Shown: one piece after another, positions 40,799 to 49,485 of the stretch
Layout of the letters: every line of letters begins with the position of its first letter
Position numbering within the stretch: position 1 is the stretch's first letter
DNA from: Kiritimatiellia bacterium
GTDB lineage: Bacteria > Verrucomicrobiota > Kiritimatiellia > JAAZAB01
Direction of reading: 5' to 3'
Assembly (NCBI GenBank): GCA_040767085.1
Contig: JAXGPF010000003.1
Span: 384,001-448,000 of the forward strand
Length of the DNA: 64,000 nt
Notes under the pieces: generated by a model
Database searches by the model: none
The model's input: the letters and a program-made list of their open reading frames with translations, nothing else
What the model was told of the DNA's origin: nothing
Translations under genes and position numbers: made by a program

Positions 40799-41725
40799 TC
40801 AGCGCCGGCGGCGGCTGGCGCGCTGCAGGATTTCGCGCTCGCTGTCGGTCAGCGAATTCAAGCCATAGCGGGAAATTTTTTCCAGCACTGCGTCCACTTC
40901 CTCCGCCGGCGGCGGCGCGTCCACCGGCGGTTCGGGCGGAGCGTTCCAGAGGTTATCCGATCGCGACACCACCTTGAAATTGCGCCGTTCCCAGCGCCAG
41001 CGCGCTTCATGCCACCAGCGCCGCGGGTCCCAGGCGATACCCGGCCCTGTGCGGTTGAAAAAAAGCGCGACATACAGCCAGCCGGCCAGGCCGCCGACCA
41101 GGTGCGCGGCATGGGCGATATGGCCCGGCTGGCTGAACATCATCAGCAGGGTTGCCACTCCAAAGCCGATCGCCATGGTGCGGGCGCGCATGGTTATCGG
41201 CACCACAAAAAAAACCAGGAGCGTAACCGGCCGGTCGGGAAACAACGCGGCGAAAGCCGCCAGGATGCCCAACACCGCGCCGGAAGCGCCGACACAAATC
41301 CCCTGCTGGCCGCTGATCAGCAGCCAGCCCAAGCCGCCCAGCAGGCCGCAGGCCAGGTACAGCTTGACAAACCGGCGGCGGCCCAGGACGCGCTCGGTTT
41401 CCGGCCCCAGGAAAAACAGGCCCAGCATGTTTAAAAACAGGTGCCAGAAACCGCCATGCAGAAACATGTACGTCACCGGCTGCCACAGTTCCAGGCGTCG
41501 GATACCGGCCCAACTGAGGGCGAAGACGGGCGTAAAGCCATAGCCGGTCATCCAATCGAATATTTTCTGGGCCAGGAACGCCATGACCGTCAACGCCAGC
41601 AAAAACCGGGTGGCGGGCGACCACAGCAATCCCATGCCGAAAGGATTTGGGGCAGGGTTGGAATGATAACCGTAAGCATTATGCCTGATATGCATTTGCT
41701 GTCGATTGTATGGATATGCCGGCAT
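40799..41725 (-). CDS. Rhomboid intramembrane serine protease with C-terminal DUF6576-like domain
   Basis: WQPVTYMFLH, HLFLNM, GASG, AHLVG; tail VDAVLEKIS..GLNSLT..ER. Confidence 0.92.
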   Translation of the reverse strand: MPAYPYNRQQMHIRHNAYGYHSNPAPNPFGMGLLWSPATRFLLALTVMAFLAQKIFDWMTGYGFTPVFALSWAGIRRLELWQPVTYMFLHGGFWHLFLNMLGLFFLGPETERVLGRRRFVKLYLACGLLGGLGWLLISGQQGICVGASGAVLGILAAFAALFPDRPVTLLVFFVVPITMRARTMAIGFGVATLLMMFSQPGHIAHAAHLVGGLAGWLYVALFFNRTGPGIAWDPRRWWHEARWRWERRNFKVVSRSDNLWNAPPEPPVDAPPPAEEVDAVLEKISRYGLNSLTDSEREILQRASRRRR

Positions 41726-41788
41726 GGGGCAACCTTTTTTTGCGGATTAATTTGCGCGACCCGGACGATTCTGGTATTATAGGTGTTT

Positions 41789-43552
41789 ATGCAAAGCGAC
41801 ATCAAATTACTTTCCGGCAACGAGGCCATAGCGCGGGGCGCCTATGAAACGGGCGTGAAAGTGGCTTCCGGCTACCCGGGCACGCCGTCCACCGAGATCA
41901 TGGAAGCGGTGGCAACCTATCGCCCGGATATTTACTGCGAGTGGGCGCCGAACGAAAAAGTGGCTTTTGAGGTGGCCGCCGGCGCGGCGCTGTCCGGCGC
42001 GCGGGCCATGACGACCATGAAGCATGTGGGGTTGAACGTAGCCGCCGACCCGCTGATGACGCTGGCTTACGTGGGCGTGGCAGGCGGCATGGTAGCCTGT
42101 GTGGCGGACGACCCCGGGATGCATTCCTCCCAGAATGAGCAGGACACCCGGCATTACGCGCGGTTCGCCAAAATCCCCGTGTTGGAGCCGGCCGATTCCC
42201 AGGACGCGCTCGACTTCTTCAAGCTGGGCATGGCCATTTCCGAGGAACACCGCACGCCGGTGATTCTGCGCACGACGACGCGCGTCAGCCATTCGCGCAG
42301 CGTGGTTAAAATCGGGGAACGGCAGCCGCCGGCGCGCGCGCCGGGCTTCGTCAAAAACCCCCAGCGTTTCGTGCCGGTGCCGGCGCATGCGCGCGGCATG
42401 CGCGTGAGCCTGGAAGAACGCCTGCGGAAATTGCAGGCGGCCGCGGCCGTGTCGCCGGCGAACCGCCTGGAATGGCGCGACCGGTCGCTGGGCATCATCG
42501 CCGAAGGCGTTGCTTACCAGTACGTCCGGGAAATCTTCCCGGAGGCCTCGGTTTTAAAAATCGGCTGGGTATATCCTTTCCCCGACGATTTATTGCGGGG
42601 ATTTGCCGCCGGCGTCCAACGCCTGCTGGTCGTCGAGGAGTTGGACGACATCCTGGAGCAGCATCTGAAAGCCCTGGGCATCGCTTGCGAGGGACGCAGC
42701 GTCGTGCCGGGCATCGGCGAACTGTCCCCGGACATTCTGGCCGCAGCCCGTCATCGTCTGCTGGGCGAAGCCGCCGGCGCCCGGACGCCACAACCGGCGA
42801 TCCAGGATCTGCCAGCGCGGCCGCCGGTGCTGTGTCCGGGCTGTCCGCATCGCGGCGTATTCCACGCCCTGGGCAAATTCGACGCGGTGGTCACCGGCGA
42901 CATCGGTTGTTACAGCCTCGGGTTTGCCCCGCCGCTTTCGCGTCTGGATACGATTTTATGCATGGGCGGCGGGATTTCCATGGCGCACGGCATGCAGAAA
43001 GCCGGCGAGCCGCGCAAGGTGGTGGGGCTTGTGGGCGATTCGACGTTTTTCCACTCCGGCATTACCGGCCTGCTGAACATTGCGTATAACCGCGGATTAT
43101 CCACGATCATTGTGGCCGACAACCGCACCACCGCCATGACCGGCCACCAGGACCATCCCGGCACGGGGCGGACACTGATGGGCGAATCCAGCCCGGAGGC
43201 GGATATTGCCGCCTTCGGCCGCGCCTGCGGCCTGGAGCGCGTTTTCACGGTCAACCCCTACGATACCGGCGCGCTCATCAAAATCTTGCGGGAATGCCTG
43301 GAATCCGACGCTCCCCAACCGGCCTTGATCGTGACGCGCGCGCCCTGCCCGCTGGCGGCGCGCCGGCCGGTGGGATCGCAGCGCCGGGTGCTGGCGGAAA
43401 AATGCAAGCAATGCGGACAATGTTTGAAAATCGCCTGCCCGGCGGTGGAACGCACGGCGGAGGGCATTCGCATCAATCCCGTCTTGTGCTACGGCTGCGG
43501 CTTATGCGCCCAGGTCTGCAAATTCGGCGCCATCGTGGCGGAGCCGGATTGA
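41789..43552 (+). CDS. iorA: Indolepyruvate ferredoxin oxidoreductase subunit alpha
   Basis: GNEAIARG, YPGTPSTE, MKHVGLNVAAD, CPGCPH, GDIGC, GDST and two C-terminal 4Fe-4S motifs. Confidence 0.95.
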   Translation: MQSDIKLLSGNEAIARGAYETGVKVASGYPGTPSTEIMEAVATYRPDIYCEWAPNEKVAFEVAAGAALSGARAMTTMKHVGLNVAADPLMTLAYVGVAGGMVACVADDPGMHSSQNEQDTRHYARFAKIPVLEPADSQDALDFFKLGMAISEEHRTPVILRTTTRVSHSRSVVKIGERQPPARAPGFVKNPQRFVPVPAHARGMRVSLEERLRKLQAAAAVSPANRLEWRDRSLGIIAEGVAYQYVREIFPEASVLKIGWVYPFPDDLLRGFAAGVQRLLVVEELDDILEQHLKALGIACEGRSVVPGIGELSPDILAAARHRLLGEAAGARTPQPAIQDLPARPPVLCPGCPHRGVFHALGKFDAVVTGDIGCYSLGFAPPLSRLDTILCMGGGISMAHGMQKAGEPRKVVGLVGDSTFFHSGITGLLNIAYNRGLSTIIVADNRTTAMTGHQDHPGTGRTLMGESSPEADIAAFGRACGLERVFTVNPYDTGALIKILRECLESDAPQPALIVTRAPCPLAARRPVGSQRRVLAEKCKQCGQCLKIACPAVERTAEGIRINPVLCYGCGLCAQVCKFGAIVAEPD

Positions 43553-43570
43553 CGGCGGGGGAACAAGAAA

Positions 43571-44158
43571 ATGACCCAACTAACCCATAGTATTTTATTG
43601 GCAGGCGTGGGCGGACAGGGCAGCCTGCTGGCCAGCGTCATTGTTTCCCAGGCCGCCTTACTCGCCGGCTACCAGGTGAAGACCAACGAAGTGCATGGCA
43701 TGGCCCAGCGCGGGGGATCGGTCATCACCCAAATCCGCTACGGCCGGGAAGTGTTCAGTCCGCTGATGCCGGACGGCACCGCCTGCGCCCTGGGCGCATT
43801 CGAGATGATCGAAGCGCTCCGCCACGCGCATTTTCTGGCGCCGGACGGCCTGGCGGTGGTTTCGACCCAGAAAATCATTCCCGTCAGCGTCTCATCGGGC
43901 GGGATGGCGTATCCCGCCGATGCCGCAGCGCGGCTGCGCCGCGCATTCGCGCGGCTGGTCTTGCTGGACGCGGATGAAATCGCCGGCGGCCTGGGCAACC
44001 GGCGCGCCGCCAATATCGTGATCCTGGGCGCGTTATCCCGCGGGCTGGATTTACCGGAAGCAGCCTGGCGCGCGGCCATTGAAGCATCGGTCAAGCCGGC
44101 CTACCGCGCGGTTAACCTGCAAGCCTTCGCCGCCGGGCGCGCGGCCGATTCGAAATAA
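43571..44158 (+). CDS. iorB: Indolepyruvate ferredoxin oxidoreductase subunit beta
   Basis: GVGGQG, EVHGMAQRGGSV; directly follows iorA. Confidence 0.95.
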   Translation: MTQLTHSILLAGVGGQGSLLASVIVSQAALLAGYQVKTNEVHGMAQRGGSVITQIRYGREVFSPLMPDGTACALGAFEMIEALRHAHFLAPDGLAVVSTQKIIPVSVSSGGMAYPADAAARLRRAFARLVLLDADEIAGGLGNRRAANIVILGALSRGLDLPEAAWRAAIEASVKPAYRAVNLQAFAAGRAADSK

Positions 44159-45642
44159 TAGTCTTGCGCCAATTTCCCGGACGGGCACAAGGCGCGCGTG
44201 GCCTGCTCGGCAAACCGCGCCCAGCGGATGATCCGGCGGAACCGCGAAGCGGTAAACCGATAGACCGTGCGATGGCCGCAGGCCAGGATGTCAGGCCGCC
44301 AGCGCAGCGCCAACTCGGCCGATGGAATGTAACCATCCCGGAACCGGCTGAAATTAGCCGCGCAGAATCCGCCCGTGCCGTTCCAGCGCGAGGCCGGCTG
44401 GAAAGAATCGCCGCCAAACATCACCTTTTGGCCGTCCACCTCCGCCATGAACACGCAATGCCACCAGGTCTGCCCGGGCCAGGGCGCCACCTGGAAGGTA
44501 TATTCATGCCAGCGCCACGCGCCTGTTTCCGGCCAGACACGATCGATGCGCAAGGTTTTCTTCCCGCGATACAGGCCGCGCGGATGCCGGCGGATGGCCT
44601 CCGCCACCCGGGGATGCAGCCAGGCTTTCAGCCCGTAGCGTTTTTGCAGATATGGAATGCCTTCGTAGTGGTCATGATGCGCATGGCTGACCAGCGCCGC
44701 GGCCGGGCGCACCCCCCGCAACGGACCTTGCAGCAGCGATTCAAAACTTTTCACGTCCGCCGTGGTCGGGTCCACCAGCAAAGCTTCGCCCGCTGCCGAA
44801 ACCAACAGGTAGGCGTTGGCCGGGCCGACATATAAGTGCGGCAGAATCCGGCATCCGCCGGCGGCGGTCTCCACCGGTATGATAAAATGGTCTTTTTCGC
44901 CGGCGCAGATTGAGCCCTTGGCCCGGTAAAAATCCAACAAGCGCCGGTCCAGCCGGCGCAATAAGCCGGCAACATTCTCCTGGATCGCCGGACCGTGTGC
45001 GGGGCACAATCCATCCAGGCCGATTCCCGCCAAACGCCGGACGCCTTCCCAGGCCGCCAGGGTTCCCTTGCCGGTCCAGTGCTCCCATTCGAGGTTGAAC
45101 GGCTGCCAGACCGTGCCGCCGGCATGGACGGCATCCCCGCAAAATCCAAGCTGCCGGCCGGCGAATTCCACGATATAGGAACAGGCGTTAAGGCCATGCC
45201 CCGGCGTGGAGACCACCCGGAGACACAGGCCGTGCATGTAGATTTCCGAATTGGCGCGGACGTCGTAAAGCACACCTGGAATGCCGTGCGCCAGGCGCCC
45301 GTAGCTGTCGGGGAAGGGCTCGTAAGGCATGGCCGCCAATGTCCGCGCATGTTCCCGGATTTTGGCCGGATCCAGGAACACTTCATCGCCGCGCGGCGCG
45401 TGGACGGCAAACGGGCGGCGCCGCATTGTTTCCAGCCCGGCGCATTGGTCGGCATGGTGATGAGTCAGGAAGACATCCGTCAGCCGCTTGATCCCGAGGC
45501 GCGGCAGTATTTTCAGCCACGCGCCGGAGCCGAAATCCACTGCCAGGGCGGCGTCGCCGCATTTCAAAACGTAAACGTTGCAGGCATCCTGGAACTGCCA
45601 CAACCCCGGCAGAAGCTGGCGCGGACTTATGTTTTTTTGCAT
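44101..45642 (-). CDS. Tandem-domain MBL-fold metallo-hydrolase
   Basis: THHHADQ and SHAHHDH motifs in two domains; TPGH, CGDA, PAHG. Confidence 0.85.
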   Translation of the reverse strand: MQKNISPRQLLPGLWQFQDACNVYVLKCGDAALAVDFGSGAWLKILPRLGIKRLTDVFLTHHHADQCAGLETMRRRPFAVHAPRGDEVFLDPAKIREHARTLAAMPYEPFPDSYGRLAHGIPGVLYDVRANSEIYMHGLCLRVVSTPGHGLNACSYIVEFAGRQLGFCGDAVHAGGTVWQPFNLEWEHWTGKGTLAAWEGVRRLAGIGLDGLCPAHGPAIQENVAGLLRRLDRRLLDFYRAKGSICAGEKDHFIIPVETAAGGCRILPHLYVGPANAYLLVSAAGEALLVDPTTADVKSFESLLQGPLRGVRPAAALVSHAHHDHYEGIPYLQKRYGLKAWLHPRVAEAIRRHPRGLYRGKKTLRIDRVWPETGAWRWHEYTFQVAPWPGQTWWHCVFMAEVDGQKVMFGGDSFQPASRWNGTGGFCAANFSRFRDGYIPSAELALRWRPDILACGHRTVYRFTASRFRRIIRWARFAEQATRALCPSGKLAQDYYFESAARPAAKACRLTAR

Positions 45643-45705
45643 GGTTTTCTTGAATGGCAATGGTTAAACAAAATGCCGGCAACCGGCAGGGCGATATGCA
45701 GCCGC

Positions 45706-47940
45706 CTACAGCGCCCGCAGCCAGACGGTTTCGCGCGGGCGCAGGTTGATTGTCGCCGGCAGATCCACGGCGGCGGCCGGCCAACGGCGCCGGCCGGCCA
45801 ACTGCATGCGGGTTCGGCCGGCCACGGCCATGCGGATGGCGCCGCCGCGCGGCGCAAATATTTTTACTTTTACGGTCGCGCCATCCTTGCGGACCGCGCT
45901 GACGAGAAACGGGCCGGGCAGACGGATATTTTTGAAAGACACATTCCGCCATTCCGCCGGCACGCCCGCGAAGATGCGCGTCAAGCCGGCATGGGTATGG
46001 GCCATGAATTCATACAAGGCGGTGGCGGCGGCCATTGTTCCATCCAGTTGCATGATTTCATTTTTTTCGCGGGGCTGGGCGATATCCGCGCGCCGGTGTG
46101 CGGAAATGCCGCGGAATTTCGGCAGATAAACCGTGGCCAGGCCCTCGTTAACGAACAAGCGCCGCCAGGTTTCCAGCATGGTCAGCGGCGCCTCGCTCAA
46201 TTCCAGGCGCGCCTGGATGATGGCGGCCCAGGGGATGCACCACTCGCTCCACTGCCCCATGCCCTTTAAAATCCAGTGATCCAGCGAATTATCCACAATC
46301 GCCCGGACGGCCGGATCGTCCCACGCCGCCGCACCCAATGAATCGAACGGGTAGATGCAGGCCAGGTGCGAATGATGGCGGTGGCAGATATCGAGGTCCT
46401 GCCCATCCCAGATGGCAATCCGCTCCTCCCCCGGCGCGCCGCCCAGGGTATAAGGCGGCAATTTTTGCTCGATTTCCCGCCAGGCCGGCGCGGGCGGTTC
46501 CTGCAGGACATCCGCGGCGGCGAGCAGGGCCTGGGCCAGCATGTGGATGCAGGCCAACTGGTAGGATGGATTGGGGCCGCAGGTATGCCCCTTATGGTTG
46601 CGGTATTCGGCGGAAATGCCCAACGGCAGATGCAGACGGCCATCCTTCTCCTGCAACATGGCTTCATATGTCCGCATGACCCCGCGCAGAAACGGCCAGG
46701 CGCGGGCGCGCAGAAATTCCACATCGCCGGTATAAAGGTAATACAGCCAGTAAAGCTGGGCCAGCCAGCCCAGCGCCGCATGATCAAGCACGCAGCCCGG
46801 CCCGGCGACGCCGCCCACGGCGCCGCCGCGGTCATTGGTGGTGTGCGTCAGAGCCAGGCCGTCGTCAATTCCCACGAGGATGCGGGCATGCCGCCGCATG
46901 ACTTCTTGAAACGGCGCCGACTCCAGCATATCGAACAGCGGCAGGAGATGCTCGGGATGATTGGCGGGAAAGGCGACGGTGTAAATCTGCTGGATATTGA
47001 CGTTGAAATGGTAGTCGCCGCCCCAGCGCGCGGTCTGGTATTCCTCGATCCATGGCCCCTGCAAGCCGGCCGGGACGCCGCCGGCGGGGCTGGTGGCGCA
47101 GGCGAATTTATACAGCGCATATTTTAAAAATGCCTGGTAAAAACCGGCCGGCAGCCGGACTCGCGGCGCCGTCCGCCAGTACCGGTCCCACCAATCGCGC
47201 GCGGCGCGCCGCGCCGCCGTCAACGATTGTTCCGAGAAATCCGCGCATTCCGCGCGGGCCGCCGCCAACGCGGCCGCGGCGTCGGCGCCCAATTTCAGGC
47301 TGCAGACCCAGCCCGGGCCGGCCCGGCGCATCAGCGCCGCCAGCGCCGGATCGGCGGGGCAAGGCTGCACCCAGCCGCATTCGCCATCGGCGTCCAGCAG
47401 CTCCGGCGCGGCGTAGCCGCCTGCCTGCAATTCCGCCGCCACCCACTCCCAGCCCGGCCGCGCCCGCACGGCTTGAATCAACTCTTCCGGATCGTCCACC
47501 GCCAGCAGGTCGCGCTCCGGGCTCAGCAACAGCCGCAGCCGGCGGACGCGCCGGCCTTGCCGGCATTCCACCGTCAATTCGCCCTCGCGGTATGCGAGGA
47601 CGGCTTGTTCCAAAACGGTTTCCGGCGCCAGTTCCAAATCGAACCGGCCGCCCGGCAGCCGCGTGGAACGGAACCAGCCGGCCGGGCGGTCCGCCGGCTG
47701 GGGCCGGAACACCGGGGCCAGTTTTTCCGGATGATCCGGGTCGTACGCCGCACAAAGCCTGGCGTAGGATACGCCCTCGGCGATCAATTCCCCGCCGCGC
47801 CGGTCCCAACAGTCCGCGCGGTTAACCGTCAAGGAAAGCCGGTTGCCGGCCCCCCAGACCAACGCCCCGAAACAGCCATTGCCCAGAACCACGCCGCAAT
47901 GCGGGCGCGGCAGAGGAAATTTCCACTCGGATTTTTTCAC
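45706..47940 (-). CDS. GH95-like (alpha/alpha)6 glycoside hydrolase, no signal peptide
   Basis: LGNG..GALVW, GLQGPW, WGGDYHFNVNIQ, SAEY, HRHHSHLACIYP, MQLDG. Confidence 0.8.
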   Translation of the reverse strand: MKKSEWKFPLPRPHCGVVLGNGCFGALVWGAGNRLSLTVNRADCWDRRGGELIAEGVSYARLCAAYDPDHPEKLAPVFRPQPADRPAGWFRSTRLPGGRFDLELAPETVLEQAVLAYREGELTVECRQGRRVRRLRLLLSPERDLLAVDDPEELIQAVRARPGWEWVAAELQAGGYAAPELLDADGECGWVQPCPADPALAALMRRAGPGWVCSLKLGADAAAALAAARAECADFSEQSLTAARRAARDWWDRYWRTAPRVRLPAGFYQAFLKYALYKFACATSPAGGVPAGLQGPWIEEYQTARWGGDYHFNVNIQQIYTVAFPANHPEHLLPLFDMLESAPFQEVMRRHARILVGIDDGLALTHTTNDRGGAVGGVAGPGCVLDHAALGWLAQLYWLYYLYTGDVEFLRARAWPFLRGVMRTYEAMLQEKDGRLHLPLGISAEYRNHKGHTCGPNPSYQLACIHMLAQALLAAADVLQEPPAPAWREIEQKLPPYTLGGAPGEERIAIWDGQDLDICHRHHSHLACIYPFDSLGAAAWDDPAVRAIVDNSLDHWILKGMGQWSEWCIPWAAIIQARLELSEAPLTMLETWRRLFVNEGLATVYLPKFRGISAHRRADIAQPREKNEIMQLDGTMAAATALYEFMAHTHAGLTRIFAGVPAEWRNVSFKNIRLPGPFLVSAVRKDGATVKVKIFAPRGGAIRMAVAGRTRMQLAGRRRWPAAAVDLPATINLRPRETVWLRAL

Positions 47941-47978
47941 ACGTCTTCATCCTGTAATTTTAATCAGTTCGTCCTGCA

Positions 47979-48049
47979 CAGCCCACCACAGGTTCGCCCT
48001 CCAAAAAGCACGATGATTCATACATGGAGGGCGAGGCTGTGCCGAGACG
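47979..48049. repeat. REP-like doublet
   Basis: cagcccaccacaggttcgccctcc facing ggagggcgaggctgtgccgagacg. Confidence 0.55.
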
Positions 48050-48084
48050 CTTTGCCAGGGGCGGCCCGCCTTGAAGCCGCCGCC

Positions 48085-49446
48085 TTACCGGAATTCGAAC
48101 ATCGTACCCCGGGGAACATATTCATAACAGCCGATATCAACCGATCGCGAGAACAGGTCCAGCCGGTGCCGCCCGTCCAAATCCAGCGCGCCATCCATCC
48201 AGGTCTGGTAAAGGCCGGCATTAATGCAGTGGGAATCCCGCAAAACACGCCAATTACCGGTATCTTTGCCAACAAACAACGGATCATCCGCAAAATTACT
48301 GGTGCCATAGACCGGAATGGGCGCCATCAAACAATTTGTATAATACCCGCCATTGTTACGATCATAGTAATTTGAGTAGGGCGCGGTGATCACACTGTTG
48401 AGCCAGATAATGCAGTTTTCAAACCGGCCGCCCGAAGGCATTGCCGGCGATGACAAACCTTGGTTCTGCACCCCACCGCCGCCATAACTAGCCTGATTAC
48501 TGACAATTGTGCAATTATCCACGAAGTTATTGGAATAAATCAGGATTGCCCCGCCCTGCATGGAGTAATTGTGTGTCAGCAGGCAACTGCGCATATAACC
48601 CGGATACGCTGCAGTCTGCGCAAAATTGGCGCCGCCTCCATAGGAGGCGGAAGTGTTGTGGCTTATCCGGCAGTTTTCAACCAATCCGCCAGTTAAATGG
48701 ACGCCGCCGCCGCGCCCTTTGCCGGAGGTGGTGCCGACCGATTCATTGGATGCAATCAGGCAATTGCGGACAATGCCATTGGTGTAAGGGGTGACGGCAA
48801 CAAGCGCGATGCCCCCGCCTAAATTGGTCGTCGAATTGGCTATAATGCTGCAATCTACGACCATTCCGGTTGCACCGATATAGATGCCGCCGCCATAATT
48901 ACTGGCAGTATTGCCTATGATCACGCAGTTGGAGAGCGTGCCGGAAGACAGATAGGCCCCCCCGCCGTCGTTGATGACGAAACCATTGGTAATGGTGAAT
49001 CCGGCCACCAGCGCGTCCGGATGCGAGAGTTGCAAACAGCGAGTGCCGTTCTTTCCGTTAATCACGGTGGCCGACACATCCGGGTAAAACGCGCGCACGG
49101 CAATTCCATTGGTAATTTTAATGACCGCCGCGAGTTCATAAGCGCCGTTGGATACCAGCACGTCATTGAGCGCATTGGTTTGCGCCTTGGCCACGGCATT
49201 GCTGATGGTTTGGAACGCGGTAACCCAGTTTGTGCCCGTCGTGCCGACAACGTCGCTGCCGTTGGTGGCAACGTAATAGGTGACGGCCGGCGCCGGCCGG
49301 CTTGCCAACAGCATGATGGCGGCCAGAATGGCAAGGATGCCCCGGAAATTTCCGGAATAGATGCGTGTTTTTTGCCCGGCTGCAGGGCGCATATAACGCG
49401 GCGCTTGCTGTGCATCTTGCGGGAATTTGATCAATGATAAGCCCAT
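48085..49446 (-). CDS. Secreted beta-helix protein with choice-of-anchor-Q-like domain
   Basis: Hydrophobic signal segment, TYYVATNG, N..GGG repeats, DPLF..SHCINAG..DLDG..VDIGCYE; start uncertain. Confidence 0.85.
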   Translation of the reverse strand: MGLSLIKFPQDAQQAPRYMRPAAGQKTRIYSGNFRGILAILAAIMLLASRPAPAVTYYVATNGSDVVGTTGTNWVTAFQTISNAVAKAQTNALNDVLVSNGAYELAAVIKITNGIAVRAFYPDVSATVINGKNGTRCLQLSHPDALVAGFTITNGFVINDGGGAYLSSGTLSNCVIIGNTASNYGGGIYIGATGMVVDCSIIANSTTNLGGGIALVAVTPYTNGIVRNCLIASNESVGTTSGKGRGGGVHLTGGLVENCRISHNTSASYGGGANFAQTAAYPGYMRSCLLTHNYSMQGGAILIYSNNFVDNCTIVSNQASYGGGGVQNQGLSSPAMPSGGRFENCIIWLNSVITAPYSNYYDRNNGGYYTNCLMAPIPVYGTSNFADDPLFVGKDTGNWRVLRDSHCINAGLYQTWMDGALDLDGRHRLDLFSRSVDIGCYEYVPRGTMFEFR

Positions 49447-49485
49447 GGTATCAGTCTCCGTGTTTGGTTGCGGCCTTGCGCCCCG

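Noticed and set aside
40799-41725. Rhomboid as a rhombosortase for the G-T-x-F tail proteins
   Set aside because: The tails have no transmembrane helix, and the rhomboid looks like the common DUF6576-tailed type.
44101-44158. 58-bp convergent overlap of iorB and the MBL hydrolase
   Set aside because: Short 3' overlaps are common in GC-rich genomes; nothing suggests function.
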